From a virus (Duplodnaviria; Caudoviricetes), in IMG/VR virus record IMGVR_UViG_3300029288_000063, positions 64,001-128,000 of that record: a DNA stretch of 64,000 nucleotides. One strand, given 5' to 3'. This document shows, one piece after another, positions 1 through 9,772 of this stretch (position 1 is the first letter of the stretch; the number at the start of each line of letters is the position of its first letter). The position numbers and the translations under genes were made by a program. Under the pieces are notes generated by a model, which saw only the letters and a program-made list of their open reading frames with translations, did not search any database and was not told the DNA's origin.

Positions 1-6
1 TTTTGT

Positions 7-921
7 TTGGTGCCGTCGAAAGAGCGTGGGAATGTTACACTTGTGAAGAGTGAAAAGGGTAAGTGGGTTCCGCAGGATGCCAATAAGGAATTGGGGCGGG
101 ACTTTGACGCTGAGGCGAAGTTGTGTTGGGATTCCCTTCCTGATATGTTGGGGGAGTATATTGTGATGAAACGTAAAGACTTTGAGAAGATGGCGAGCCG
201 GGTGGCGTCGGATCCTTCCGTGTTGTATATGAGTGTTCCGATGGTTGGTCGTCTGAATCTGAATCAAGAGGGCGGCTCGTATGGCATTTTGGAAATTTCG
301 GAAGACTTCAAGCGGTCTGTGTTTGAAGCCATTCGTGAGCCGGGTATGGAGTACGATGGTGAGTATAAAGCCCACATCTCTGTGTTCACAGAAGACGAGA
401 TGGGTCAGCTTGTTCATCCGATTGAGGAGAGCGGGAAGGCGTTCAGATTCTCGTTGCGCTCGATTGAGACGGTCGAGCCGGAAGGTTGGGACGAGATGGA
501 GCGGGTTTGGTTTGTCACGGTTGAATCACCTGAGTTGGAGGCGTTGCGTTTGAAGTATGGTTTTCCGGCGAAGCTGAATGGTGGGCACGAATTCCACATT
601 ACGGTTGCCGTGAAGCCGAATGTGCGTCCATGTCTTGAAAACAGAATAAGTGCGATGGTATTGCGTGTCGCGTCGTGGTCGGTAGCATCGTGCGATTTGA
701 TTCGTACTGCAAAACCTTTGATTTCCGATATTCGCGTGGACACCAAGAAATGGCAGTTCTCATCGGGGCGTAAAATCCCTAGCGGGCGTGGGGCGTGGGC
801 GTTCGAGATAGGTGGGGAAGAGGTTATGATTCCCGGCACCCTCCAATATGCTGATGCGAAAAAGAAGGCCGTTGAGATGGCGAAGGCGAAGGGTGTCAGG
901 TCTATCGTGTTATTGCCGTGA
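7..921 (+). CDS. 2H phosphoesterase-domain protein (may be 5'-truncated)
   Basis: Two Hx(S/T) motifs: AHISV and FHITV. Confidence 0.7.
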   Translation: MVPSKERGNVTLVKSEKGKWVPQDANKELGRDFDAEAKLCWDSLPDMLGEYIVMKRKDFEKMASRVASDPSVLYMSVPMVGRLNLNQEGGSYGILEISEDFKRSVFEAIREPGMEYDGEYKAHISVFTEDEMGQLVHPIEESGKAFRFSLRSIETVEPEGWDEMERVWFVTVESPELEALRLKYGFPAKLNGGHEFHITVAVKPNVRPCLENRISAMVLRVASWSVASCDLIRTAKPLISDIRVDTKKWQFSSGRKIPSGRGAWAFEIGGEEVMIPGTLQYADAKKKAVEMAKAKGVRSIVLLP

Positions 922-932
922 GGTGAGGTGAT

Positions 933-2615
933 ATGGGTGATGCGCCGAGAGTTGTGATTTTGTCGTTTATTCCCCAGTATGGGGAGTTGACGTTTTTCAT
1001 TGGTGACAAGAAGTATGTTGCCAGTGGTGTTTCACCGTTTCACAAGAAACAGGTTGAATATATGTTGAAGCACGGTGCGAATGGACGTGCCATTAACTAC
1101 CTGAAGAAATTCAACCCGGAAAGGCTTGGTCAGAAGTTGGCGAAAGAATTGGTTGGTGTTGCAAGGTTGTTGTTGGCGTCCAGTTCGGAGAAAGAGGTGG
1201 AGCGGTTGCTTCGTGTTGTTTTACGGGGCACACAATGGGCAGGAAAGGCGCACGCCGTTGGTGGCTATGTCCGGGACGAGTTCATGGGTTTGGACGCGAA
1301 AGACTTGGATATCGTCGTTTCTGTGCCGGGCGGGTCTGAGAAGTTGACGAGGTATTTGTTCGGGTTGTTTCCCGGCTCCATAACCAATCCGCACCAAATG
1401 GGCGCGTCATATCCAATTTGGCAGATAACGTTCAGGGATGATATTGTCTTGGACGGTGAGGTCTATAAGACAAAGGGTGCGGTGATTGAGTTTGCTGATA
1501 CCATGAAGGAGCAATTCCCTGATGATACGTCGCGTCAGCGGAGTGTGCAGCCGGGGACGCTTGAGGAAGATATCGAGCGTCGTGATTTCACGACGAATAT
1601 GCTTTTGAAGGACCTTTCGACCGGTGAGATTGTTGATCTTACCGGTGTGAGTAAGAACGACATCGAGAAGGGTATCCTGCGCGGGCACCCCCGTGTTTCG
1701 CTGGATAAGATTTTCAGTGACGACCCATTGCGGATGATTCGACTTGTTCGGTTTCAGTGCAAGTATGGGTGGTCTATTCCGAAATCGGTTTTGCGGACAG
1801 TTCAGCGTAATGCGAGGCGGATTGAGATTGTTTCGGCCGAGCGCATTATGGGTGAGCTGACAAAGGTTATGAAGATTGGTAAATTGTCACAAGCCATCCG
1901 CCTGATGAAAATCACCGGGCTGTTGCAGTACGTGTTGCCGGAGGTTCAGGCGATGGTCGGGGTCAAGCAGCAGAAGGAGTTTCACGCCGAGGGTGATGTG
2001 TTCCGTCACACGTTGGCTGTTTTGCGTAATGCCCCGGCGACGGTTGAAGGGCAGTTGGCGGCGTTGCTTCATGATGTTGGGAAACCGGCGTCGCAGGAGA
2101 TGGTTGGGGAGGCGATTCACTTCTATGGTCACGAAGAGGTTGGGGCTGAGATGGCCTCGGCAATCCTGTATCGCCTGAAGTTTGACGCGGCGACTATCAA
2201 GAAGGTTGTTTCTGTTGTTCGGAGCCACATGCGTCCGTATCACCTTGTGAAGTCGGATGGAAAGGCAATTCGGAAGTTCATTCGAGACCTTGGTGACGAG
2301 GTTGTTGATGCGGTTTTGGATCAAGCCGAGGCGGACGAAAAGGGCAGTTTGCCTGTTGGGGACGACGTGTCGGTTGTGCGGGAAAAGATTCGCAAGGTGC
2401 GTGAATCGCCTGTGCAGGTGAAGAAGTTGCCGGTTTTGAATGGTCGTGAGATTATGTCCATTCTTGGTATTGGTCAGAACGAAAGGGATAGGCTGCCCGA
2501 GATTGGTGAGGCGGGAAAGTTCCTTTTGGATTTGGCGGATGAATATGCGTCTCACGGTGAAGAGTTGAGTAAGGGAGATGCGGCGAAGGCTTTGAGGAAA
2601 AGGATGTCGTTATGA
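933..2615 (+). CDS. cca: CCA-adding tRNA nucleotidyltransferase with HD domain and short N-terminal extension
   Basis: VGGYVRD, KDLDIV, RRDFT, DDPLRMIR, SAERI, LLHDVGK motifs. Confidence 0.9.
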   Translation: MGDAPRVVILSFIPQYGELTFFIGDKKYVASGVSPFHKKQVEYMLKHGANGRAINYLKKFNPERLGQKLAKELVGVARLLLASSSEKEVERLLRVVLRGTQWAGKAHAVGGYVRDEFMGLDAKDLDIVVSVPGGSEKLTRYLFGLFPGSITNPHQMGASYPIWQITFRDDIVLDGEVYKTKGAVIEFADTMKEQFPDDTSRQRSVQPGTLEEDIERRDFTTNMLLKDLSTGEIVDLTGVSKNDIEKGILRGHPRVSLDKIFSDDPLRMIRLVRFQCKYGWSIPKSVLRTVQRNARRIEIVSAERIMGELTKVMKIGKLSQAIRLMKITGLLQYVLPEVQAMVGVKQQKEFHAEGDVFRHTLAVLRNAPATVEGQLAALLHDVGKPASQEMVGEAIHFYGHEEVGAEMASAILYRLKFDAATIKKVVSVVRSHMRPYHLVKSDGKAIRKFIRDLGDEVVDAVLDQAEADEKGSLPVGDDVSVVREKIRKVRESPVQVKKLPVLNGREIMSILGIGQNERDRLPEIGEAGKFLLDLADEYASHGEELSKGDAAKALRKRMSL

Positions 2616-3007
2616 GACCAGCTATAGCAATGCGTTTGTTGCGGTTGGCGAAGGAACTTGTTTCTGCCGACGTGTCGGAACAGGATGTTGCGAAGTTCCT
2701 TTTTGAAAATCCGAACCCGTCCGACAAGGCTGTTCATGATTGGGCGGAAGGTCAGGGTTTGAATGTCCACAAGGTGGAGGAGCATATCTACCGTTTGGCG
2801 ACGAAGTTTGCCCATATTCTGAATGGCGGGTTGGCTGCGAAGAAGGGTTTCAAGAAAGAGGATGCCGACCCGAAGGAATTGGCGATGGGTGTAAAGGTGG
2901 AAATGGAGCACACATCTGATAAAGATGTGGCTGAGGTTATTGCGTTGTCACATTTGGCGGAGTTGAAGAACTACTATTCGCGTCTGAAAAAGATGGAGGG
3001 TGAGTGA
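2612..3007 (+). CDS. DUF5661-like protein
   Basis: ELAMGVKVEMEHT...HLAE..NYYSRL signature. Confidence 0.6.
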   Translation: MRPAIAMRLLRLAKELVSADVSEQDVAKFLFENPNPSDKAVHDWAEGQGLNVHKVEEHIYRLATKFAHILNGGLAAKKGFKKEDADPKELAMGVKVEMEHTSDKDVAEVIALSHLAELKNYYSRLKKMEGE

Positions 3008-3216
3008 TGGACAGGATGATGGTTGCAGAGAAGTTGGTTCGTATGGCGAAGTCCCTTATGGGTCGTGAGTTGAGTGAGAAGCAGAAGGAGTATCAGGAAT
3101 ATTTCCTCGACATGCTCGACAAGTACGGTGTTGAGACACCCGCAGATATGGACGAAGAGACAAAGAAGAAGTTTTTCAGCGAAATCAGCAGTGGTTGGAA
3201 GGGTGGAAAATCATGA
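3004..3216 (+). CDS. hypothetical protein with shared N-terminal helix motif
   Basis: Overlaps neighbouring ORFs; VAEKLVRMAKSLMG. Confidence 0.7.
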   Translation: MMDRMMVAEKLVRMAKSLMGRELSEKQKEYQEYFLDMLDKYGVETPADMDEETKKKFFSEISSGWKGGKS

Positions 3217-3602
3217 AGAGGACTGCCGTGGTGAGGGAGATTATTGCCCTTGCGAAATCGTTGGTTGCCGCCCCGGTGGCTGCGAAGTTTTCTGCCCGTT
3301 ACAATCAGTGGTCCGGCGGGCGTCAGGCGAACATTTCCGTGGACGTTGAGTTGCGCTTTACCGATGCAGATGCGCGTGATTTGTCGAGTGCCATACTGAG
3401 TGCCGAGGCAAAGGTTGGGAAGATTGCAGAGGCTATTGGTGCGAAAAACAACGAGTGGTATCAGGACGAAGGTTGGTCGTCCGATAACGGGAGGCTGTTT
3501 TCGACGTATCAGATTGAGCCGCGTGACATAAAGGTCGAGTTGCTTCCCGACGTGTTCAAAAAGTTCAATGTTCCGTTGTTTGGGGATTTCATGGACGACT
3601 GA
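3213..3602 (+). CDS. hypothetical protein with shared N-terminal helix motif
   Basis: ATGA overlap with upstream stop; VVREIIALAKSLVAA. Confidence 0.7.
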   Translation: MKRTAVVREIIALAKSLVAAPVAAKFSARYNQWSGGRQANISVDVELRFTDADARDLSSAILSAEAKVGKIAEAIGAKNNEWYQDEGWSSDNGRLFSTYQIEPRDIKVELLPDVFKKFNVPLFGDFMDD

Positions 3603-3628
3603 AAGTTTTTATTTTTTTTCGTTTTTTA

Positions 3629-3657
3629 TTTGCCTGTGTTCGATGTTTGTGTATAGT
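3629..3657 (+). promoter_or_regulatory. sigma70-like promoter of the Y-like RNA/tRNA/Ro60 unit
   Basis: TTGCCT ... TGTGTATAGT after a T-rich tract; boxA-like GTTCTTTGACAA at 3722-3733. Confidence 0.55.
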
Positions 3658-3737
3658 CAGTTGATGCGGCGCGGTACGGTTTGATAGCAAACACTTCGAT
3701 TGGCAGTATGTCGACGCGCTTGTTCTTTGACAAATGA

Positions 3738-4010
3738 ACCCAACACGCTTACTGTCGGGGATACTTCATGACTCAGACAGAACAAGGGGGGCTTCGGTTC
3801 AAGTAGCCGAACGCTTTCGTTGAAATTCTTTACTTGTGACGGCGTGGAAAGCACACGCTAGTGAGCGGGGAAAGCCGCTCTGACTATCGGAAAATAAGAC
3901 CGATTGACCGTGGGGAAAGTCCCAATGACGGAGGTGAAAGGACCTCGACTGCCGTCCTTATATGAGGACATTGTGTGGCAGCTTGCCTCGGCAAACCATT
4001 GGTGTTGGGT
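3738..4010 (+). ncRNA. Y RNA-like ncRNA, long form
   Basis: Terminal stem ACCCAACAC/GTGTTGGGT, GCTTAC loop, second stem, ATACTTC; multi-hairpin insert; upstream of Ro60. Confidence 0.65.
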
Positions 4011-4020
4011 GAAGTTATTT

Positions 4021-4083
4021 TGTCCGCTCTTCAGTCAAGGGTTACTTCTGGATGAAAAGTCTCTTGGCGATTTTTGGCGGACA
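4021..4083 (+). ncRNA. Y RNA-like ncRNA, minimal form
   Basis: TGTCCGC-TCTTCA-GTCAAGGG-TTACTTC...CTCTTGGC-GATTTTTG-GCGGACA. Confidence 0.65.
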
Positions 4084-4124
4084 TTTTTTACGGCATTCTT
4101 CAGAAGATGGTGATTGGAGTAGTC

Positions 4125-4226
4125 ATGGCGAAGAAGGTTGTTGGTGCGGTTTCCAAGGTCAAGCCGAAGGTCAAGCGTGTTGTTGCCTCGAATGAGGCGA
4201 AGGTGACCAAGGGTCGCAAGAAATAA
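4125..4226 (+). CDS. 33-aa Lys-rich peptide
   Basis: GGAG SD; MAKKVVGAVSKVKPKVKRVVASNEAKVTKGRKK; below the ORF-track cutoff. Confidence 0.55.
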   Translation: MAKKVVGAVSKVKPKVKRVVASNEAKVTKGRKK

Positions 4227-4229
4227 CAT

Positions 4230-4321
4230 TGCGGGGTCGAGTAGTCTGGATATGCTCATCGGTCTCATAAGCCGGTAGGGGATGAAACCCCTCGAAGGTT
4301 CAAATCCTTCCCCCGCGTCCA
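4230..4321 (+). tRNA. tRNA-Met(CAT), fMet-like acceptor stem, long variable arm
   Basis: Cloverleaf, CT-CAT-AA loop, GGTTCAAATCC, CCA. Confidence 0.85.
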
Positions 4322-4507
4322 CTATAAAATGTTCCGCGCCATGCGCCGAGCATTATGGGGCTGCCTTCGGGCAGCCTTTTAAAACAATAAAAGCATTTTT
4401 TCGGTATCAAGCGATAACGAATAGAAACGTGCACTTGTGTCATTTGGCGGGACAACAATCCCGCCCTTCCGCGCCCCGATAAGGCGCGATAGAATGGAGG
4501 TAGTATT

Positions 4508-6235
4508 ATGGGTACGATGAAGGGTATTGTTAAGAAGGCTGTTGCGAAGGCGAAGCTCCCCTCGGAGTGTCCGGATGCGATGGTGAACCGTGCAGGCGGT
4601 GTTGCGTTTGACATTTCCGACCCCGCCACGAAGCTTCTGACTATGACCGGTGGCAGCTTTTTCGCGGAACCGCGTTACTACAGTGACTCGGCGTGCCGCC
4701 CGAAGCGTCTGGCGTCCGGCAAGTTCGGCAAGCTGGAAGAGCGTCTGCGTCTGGCGTCCGACAAGGCCGCGAAGTTCGTCAACTGTGAAGAGCTGGATGA
4801 TGTTGCGAAGGAAATCATCGCGACGGCTGTCGATGTGGCGAATGGTTCCAGTCCGCGTGACTTGCTTGCGCTGGCGAACTGGCTGCGCAACGAGGGCAAT
4901 ATCCGTCTGACGCCGCAGGTGTTCCTTGTGCTGGCGTCACGTATGGAAGGTTCGAAGCCGTACGTGAAGAAGTACGTCGAGAAGATTGTGAAGCGTCCGG
5001 ACGAAATCAAGACCGTTCTGATGCTGTACCGTTACTTCTTCGGCATGAAGTGTCTGCCGAACGCGCTGGCGACCGGTCTGTCCGACCGTCTGTCCAAGAT
5101 TGGCGAGTCCGCCTTGATGAAGTACGATGGGAAGGACTTCCCGACGTGGAAGGACGTTTTGTGCTGGCTGCCCCGTGAAAAGGGTTGGCCGCTGTCCGAT
5201 GACCTTTCTGTTTATTTCAAGAAGGGTGTCGTGACGGACAAGACCCCGATTGCTCGTGACCGTTCGCTTCTGGCGAAGTGTGGTGAGTTCGACGCCAAGG
5301 CGCGTGCTCTTGCGAAGTCGTCCAATGTTAACTGGGAGGTTCTGCTCTCGCAGTTCGGCACGAGCGACTCCGGCAAGAAGGCTGTGTGGGAGTTCCTGAT
5401 TGCGGAAGACCTCGTCGGTTACATGGCGATGCTCCGTAACCTGCGGAACCTCGTTCAGGCGGGTGTTGGCAAGGACACGCTGAAGAATGTGTACGACAAG
5501 CTGTCCAATGCCGAAGAGGTCAAGCGGTCGAAGCAGCTTCCGTTCCGGTTCCTCGCCGCGTACAACGAGTTGGAGCATGTCGGTGCGTCCGGAAACATCT
5601 CCAAGATTCTGGAGGCTATCGAGAACGCGACTGAGGTTGCCATCGAGAATTGCCCGAAGTTCCCCGGCAGCACCATCGTCGCCGTGGATGACTCCGGCTC
5701 TATGGGAGCCGGAATCTCGCGGATGTCCTCGATGACCGCCTTCGACGCGGCGTGTTCGCTCGGTGCCATCTGTGCGCGTCGTGGTGAGGATGTCAACCTG
5801 TGGGCGTTTTCGGATGGTGTCCGTGAGGTCAATATCACGAAGCACACGACCATGATGGGCATCGCCAAGAAGGTCGGTAATCACAGTGGTGGCACCAACA
5901 CGTACCTCGTGATTCAGAAGATGATTGACGAGAAGCTGTTCCCAGACCGTCTGTTCATTTTCAGCGACATGCAGGCTTGGAACTCGGGTTGGGGTTCCGC
6001 GAACTGTGCCGACCTGTGGGCGAAGTATCGGCGTATGGGCGCGGCGGCTGGCAAGACGTGGCTGCACAGCGTCAACATCATGGGCTACGGCGACACGCCG
6101 TTCTGTGAGGCTGACAAGCGTTTGAACCTCATCGGTGGCTTTAACGAGGCGGTTCTGTCGATGGCGCTCAAGGCTGAGGGTGTGAATGGGGAGGACAACA
6201 TTCCGCCCATGTCCTACATCCGCGATAATTTCTAG
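4508..6235 (+). CDS. rsr: Ro60/Rsr-like TROVE + vWA RNA-binding protein
   Basis: NRAGGVAF, YMAMLRNLRN, SKQLPFRF, vWA DDSGSM and FSDMQ. Confidence 0.9.
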   Translation: MGTMKGIVKKAVAKAKLPSECPDAMVNRAGGVAFDISDPATKLLTMTGGSFFAEPRYYSDSACRPKRLASGKFGKLEERLRLASDKAAKFVNCEELDDVAKEIIATAVDVANGSSPRDLLALANWLRNEGNIRLTPQVFLVLASRMEGSKPYVKKYVEKIVKRPDEIKTVLMLYRYFFGMKCLPNALATGLSDRLSKIGESALMKYDGKDFPTWKDVLCWLPREKGWPLSDDLSVYFKKGVVTDKTPIARDRSLLAKCGEFDAKARALAKSSNVNWEVLLSQFGTSDSGKKAVWEFLIAEDLVGYMAMLRNLRNLVQAGVGKDTLKNVYDKLSNAEEVKRSKQLPFRFLAAYNELEHVGASGNISKILEAIENATEVAIENCPKFPGSTIVAVDDSGSMGAGISRMSSMTAFDAACSLGAICARRGEDVNLWAFSDGVREVNITKHTTMMGIAKKVGNHSGGTNTYLVIQKMIDEKLFPDRLFIFSDMQAWNSGWGSANCADLWAKYRRMGAAAGKTWLHSVNIMGYGDTPFCEADKRLNLIGGFNEAVLSMALKAEGVNGEDNIPPMSYIRDNF

Positions 6236-6259
6236 ACGCGGTGAAACAACGTAAAGCCA

Positions 6260-6299
6260 ATGGGCGGATGTCTTTATGGCATCCGCCTATTTTATTTTA
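6260..6299 (+). terminator. intrinsic terminator
   Basis: GGGCGGATG/CATCCGCCT hairpin and T tract. Confidence 0.7.
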
Positions 6300-6339
6300 T
6301 AATCTCCGGACGTTAGATGACTATATTCAGGAGGCTGCT

Positions 6340-6990
6340 ATGGGTATATTGTCGGAGAATTCCCTTCAAGATATTCATGAGTATTGGGTGGATATTGACC
6401 GTCGTGAGATTTGGATTCACGGATTCGACACGAACATTCAGAGTGACTATGAGGGGAACGAACCCGGTGTAGACTACATGATGGCCAACAGGGTTATTAA
6501 GAACCTTCACATGTTGCGCTATGCGTCTGCCAAAAAGCCTGTTGTTGTTCACCTGCATACCTGTGGTGGTATATGGGAAGAGGGTATGGCTCTCTATGAC
6601 ACGATTCGTATGATGCCATACCCTGTTACGATGGTTTCCTACACCCATGCCCGGAGTATGTCGAGTATAATCTTGCAGGCGGCGGATACACGTCTGATGC
6701 TTCCGAATTCGTGTTTCATGTTTCATTATGGAACCCTCGCCGTTGGTGGACATGCCCCGACGGTTCACTCGAATGTCGATTTTGCCAGACAGAACGACCA
6801 GACTATGTTGTCGATTTATGTCGAGAGGTGTTTTGGTTCGAAGCACTTCAAAAAGAAATCGAGGGAAGAGGTGCGGGCCGAGTTGGCGATGATGATGGAC
6901 AAGAAGGGTGATGTTTTTTTGACTGCACAACAAGCTGTCGATTGGGGTTTTGCAGATGGTATTCTTGAAAACTGGTCGGACCTGAAATAG
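6340..6990 (+). CDS. ClpP-like serine protease
   Basis: ARSMSS (Ser), FMFH (His), DVFLTAQQAVDWGFADGI; AGGAGG SD. Confidence 0.85.
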   Translation: MGILSENSLQDIHEYWVDIDRREIWIHGFDTNIQSDYEGNEPGVDYMMANRVIKNLHMLRYASAKKPVVVHLHTCGGIWEEGMALYDTIRMMPYPVTMVSYTHARSMSSIILQAADTRLMLPNSCFMFHYGTLAVGGHAPTVHSNVDFARQNDQTMLSIYVERCFGSKHFKKKSREEVRAELAMMMDKKGDVFLTAQQAVDWGFADGILENWSDLK

Positions 6991-7000
6991 TGGAGGTTTA

Positions 7001-7252
7001 ATGGATGTGTTAATGGAGTTGGCGTTTTCGTGGAAGTGTCCGTTGTGCGGGAAAAGGAATTTTGTTCGTAGTGTTCCCGTCGAGTGGTCTGAGTCTGATT
7101 TGCGTTTGCAGTTGGGCTTGGAACCGTGGGAGGCGATTCCTGAAGATGCGATTGAAAACACGGAGTGTGTTGCCGCCCCGGTAAAGGTGTCGTGTGAGTG
7201 TGGTGGAAAGTTCGGCACGATTCACGCGGGCGACCAGTTGCCGGGTGAATGA
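7001..7252 (+). CDS. small Zn-ribbon protein
   Basis: CPLC and CECG; GGAGG SD. Confidence 0.6.
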   Translation: MDVLMELAFSWKCPLCGKRNFVRSVPVEWSESDLRLQLGLEPWEAIPEDAIENTECVAAPVKVSCECGGKFGTIHAGDQLPGE

Positions 7253-7545
7253 TTTTTCATCTTTTTTTAAGAATTCTTGTTGTCGATTCTGTTTGTTGTG
7301 ATATAGTGCTGGTGACTTGGTAGTGAGTCTTTTGAAAGACTTTGTTTGTGTGTAAGGAGAAAATCATGTAGATTCGATGAAGCCGGTCGCAGGCAGGATT
7401 GCGATATGAAAGGCGTGGCCACAGCCTAGAGTGGCATTTTCGGCAGTGTAAGCAGTGCGGGTGTTCCGCGTGTGTAAACTGCCCAAAGAACAGGGTAAAC
7501 TGCGTTGTCAGTGTAGCCTGTTCACAAGAGAGAGAGGAAAATACC

Positions 7546-8571
7546 ATGAATACCAATCCCACCAGTGTTTCTTTGTCTGCCAATGTTTCTGAAGCTGCCC
7601 GCCTGCTTATTTGTATCCCCGGCTTTGTTGATAGTGTTCCGTCCGTTGGCAGTACGTTGCCCGGCGCGATGGAAGAGTCTGACCAGCAGATTGCCGAGCG
7701 TTACATTTGGGATCGCCTTTCCAAGCTTGGTATCTACAACGATGATGTTTCGGCTGAATTGATTGCCTCCCCGGAATGCACCGAGGGTGATGCCCGCCAT
7801 GTGTTTTGTGAGAATGGTGAGCCGAACCTCCCCGTTGTTCGCTTCAAGAAGCTTTGGTCTATCATGAAGACAGGCGCAATGTTCTCGCCTGTCCCCGTTG
7901 AGCGTGAGGAAACGGATGTCGATCTTTCATCCTTGGCTGCCGACCTGAAGTCCGGTTTTGGTGCTATGAAGCCGATTGGTCAGTGGACGGATGCCGAGTT
8001 GATGGAGAAGTATGGTCCGGAGTGCGCCGACGACATTATCGACGAGTTGAGCAAACGGGCCAAGGGTCGCTCGTTTGTTGTGTTTGTTGACGAGGCTTCG
8101 TGCAAGGTTGATGTCGAGGCGTCGTTGCGCCTCCTTAAAGAAGCACGCAAGCGCGAGACTCCGGTGCATTACAAGACGAGTGATGTGCTGAAACGCCTCT
8201 TTCGTGCTGGTGACTTTCCCACTCAGGTCTACTTCGAGTGTCCCATCCATAAGGGCGTCCTCCTGTTGGACGGATACTGTGATGAGTGCGGGCACACTTG
8301 GGAAGGCATCCCCTACTCTGTTCGGCAGTTCGTGCGTGTCATCGCAAACGAGGGAGAGGCTCCTGATTCAGGCCCGTCAATCCGTCAGCTTATCGCGACT
8401 GCTCGGACATGCTCTGAGTCCGATGTCGACCCGCTTGCGGCAGATTACCCGAAGGTGCTCGGGGTGTTCCGTGAGTTGGCGGCTGAAGACAAGCTCCCGT
8501 CCCTGAAGTCGAGGACAGCGTCCTCCGACACAAAACGTGCCGACCCGTTCAATACGTCGCGCCGTTATTGA
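7546..8571 (+). CDS. hypothetical protein with CPxH...CxxCG Zn ribbon
   Basis: GAGG SD; CPIH..GYCDECGHTW. Confidence 0.7.
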   Translation: MNTNPTSVSLSANVSEAARLLICIPGFVDSVPSVGSTLPGAMEESDQQIAERYIWDRLSKLGIYNDDVSAELIASPECTEGDARHVFCENGEPNLPVVRFKKLWSIMKTGAMFSPVPVEREETDVDLSSLAADLKSGFGAMKPIGQWTDAELMEKYGPECADDIIDELSKRAKGRSFVVFVDEASCKVDVEASLRLLKEARKRETPVHYKTSDVLKRLFRAGDFPTQVYFECPIHKGVLLLDGYCDECGHTWEGIPYSVRQFVRVIANEGEAPDSGPSIRQLIATARTCSESDVDPLAADYPKVLGVFRELAAEDKLPSLKSRTASSDTKRADPFNTSRRY

Positions 8572-8640
8572 TTTTCCGCGTGGGGCACTCCACTTGTATA
8601 ATGGTGGAGTGCCCCGCATTTCAGTCTGGAGGATGATAGA

Positions 8641-9681
8641 ATGAAGTTTTTCGCAAAAGAGATTGCAAAGAGTGGGTATGTTTTCCGCATGGAACATGCC
8701 GGTTTTATGGCGTCGTTGATGTGTGCCCCTCGACTTGAAGATACGGGTCGTGCGTGCGATCTGCCGCCGGGTGAGCCTATCCCGGTTTTCCCATTGGCGG
8801 CGCTTCCCGGTGCCCCGGAGGGATGGGTGCGTGAGGTTGGTTCGTATGTTTGCCCTGTTGATGCGGATTGGGGGCTGTGGTTCGATTGGACGATGAATGA
8901 CAAGATGAACACTGCCGTTGTTCCGTCTGTAAAGGGTATGAATCCCATTACCGGTCAGAAGCTCGAAGGCTTGTCGCTCTCGGAGTATTCCGATAAGTGC
9001 CCGGTTCATGGTGAGCCGTTTACCCACGGGAACTTCTGCGAGAAGTGCGGGTATGATTGGCCACCTCAGAACTATATTTGTGCGCCGAACACTCTGTGGT
9101 GGGATGGGTTCCGTCAGCCTGATGGCAAGGTGCGTCAGTTCTTTTTCACAGCCGACGAATCGCGTGATGTTGCGTCCTTGGTGATTGGAAAAGAAAACAC
9201 CGTTCCTGCATTCGGGTTTGGTTTCTTCCGTCCGAAGAATCCGCGCACTGCACCAAAAACGACGTATCGTTCGTCTGTGATGGATTTCGGTGAGTCGTCA
9301 TTTGGAAGTTTCTGTAATGCCGGTGACGTTGTGTATGGGTGCTCCAACTCCACTCTCGATTATTCTGAGCCGGACGGTTTGTGCATGTCGTGTTTGGATG
9401 GTGCCGAGGTCGCATCGAAAGGAATCACCCGTGGATTTGTGAATTCCCAGTCTGTTCGCAAGCAGCCGGTTGCATCTGTGTCTGTTGGTGCCGGTGCTGA
9501 AATCAGTCAGGAACTCAATCGGGACTCTCTTGGCGTTGATGGTTGGCAGCCCGAAGCGGCAGCGACGATTCGTCTGTATTTCTGCTTCAGGGAACAGTTT
9601 ATGAGTATTGTGAACAACGGCGGAGTGAAGACGTTTTCATCTGACCCGGCAGGGTTTATGAAAAATGTGCCGGTTGGTTAG
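8641..9681 (+). CDS. uncharacterised conserved protein with Zn ribbon
   Basis: LPPG..FPL, QNYIC..WWDG..GKVRQF, GAGAEISQ; CPVH..CEKCGYDW. Confidence 0.7.
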   Translation: MKFFAKEIAKSGYVFRMEHAGFMASLMCAPRLEDTGRACDLPPGEPIPVFPLAALPGAPEGWVREVGSYVCPVDADWGLWFDWTMNDKMNTAVVPSVKGMNPITGQKLEGLSLSEYSDKCPVHGEPFTHGNFCEKCGYDWPPQNYICAPNTLWWDGFRQPDGKVRQFFFTADESRDVASLVIGKENTVPAFGFGFFRPKNPRTAPKTTYRSSVMDFGESSFGSFCNAGDVVYGCSNSTLDYSEPDGLCMSCLDGAEVASKGITRGFVNSQSVRKQPVASVSVGAGAEISQELNRDSLGVDGWQPEAAATIRLYFCFREQFMSIVNNGGVKTFSSDPAGFMKNVPVG

Positions 9682-9772
9682 ACGGGTTGGTTTCCATGAA
9701 GTCTATGGGTCAAGGGTTTAACCCTTGACCTTTTTTTTATATTCTTCCGTTATAGACAACATGGAGACTATT

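Noticed and set aside
933-1130. KTSC domain at the CCA enzyme N-terminus
   Set aside because: Only a loose resemblance by eye; not called without an HMM search.
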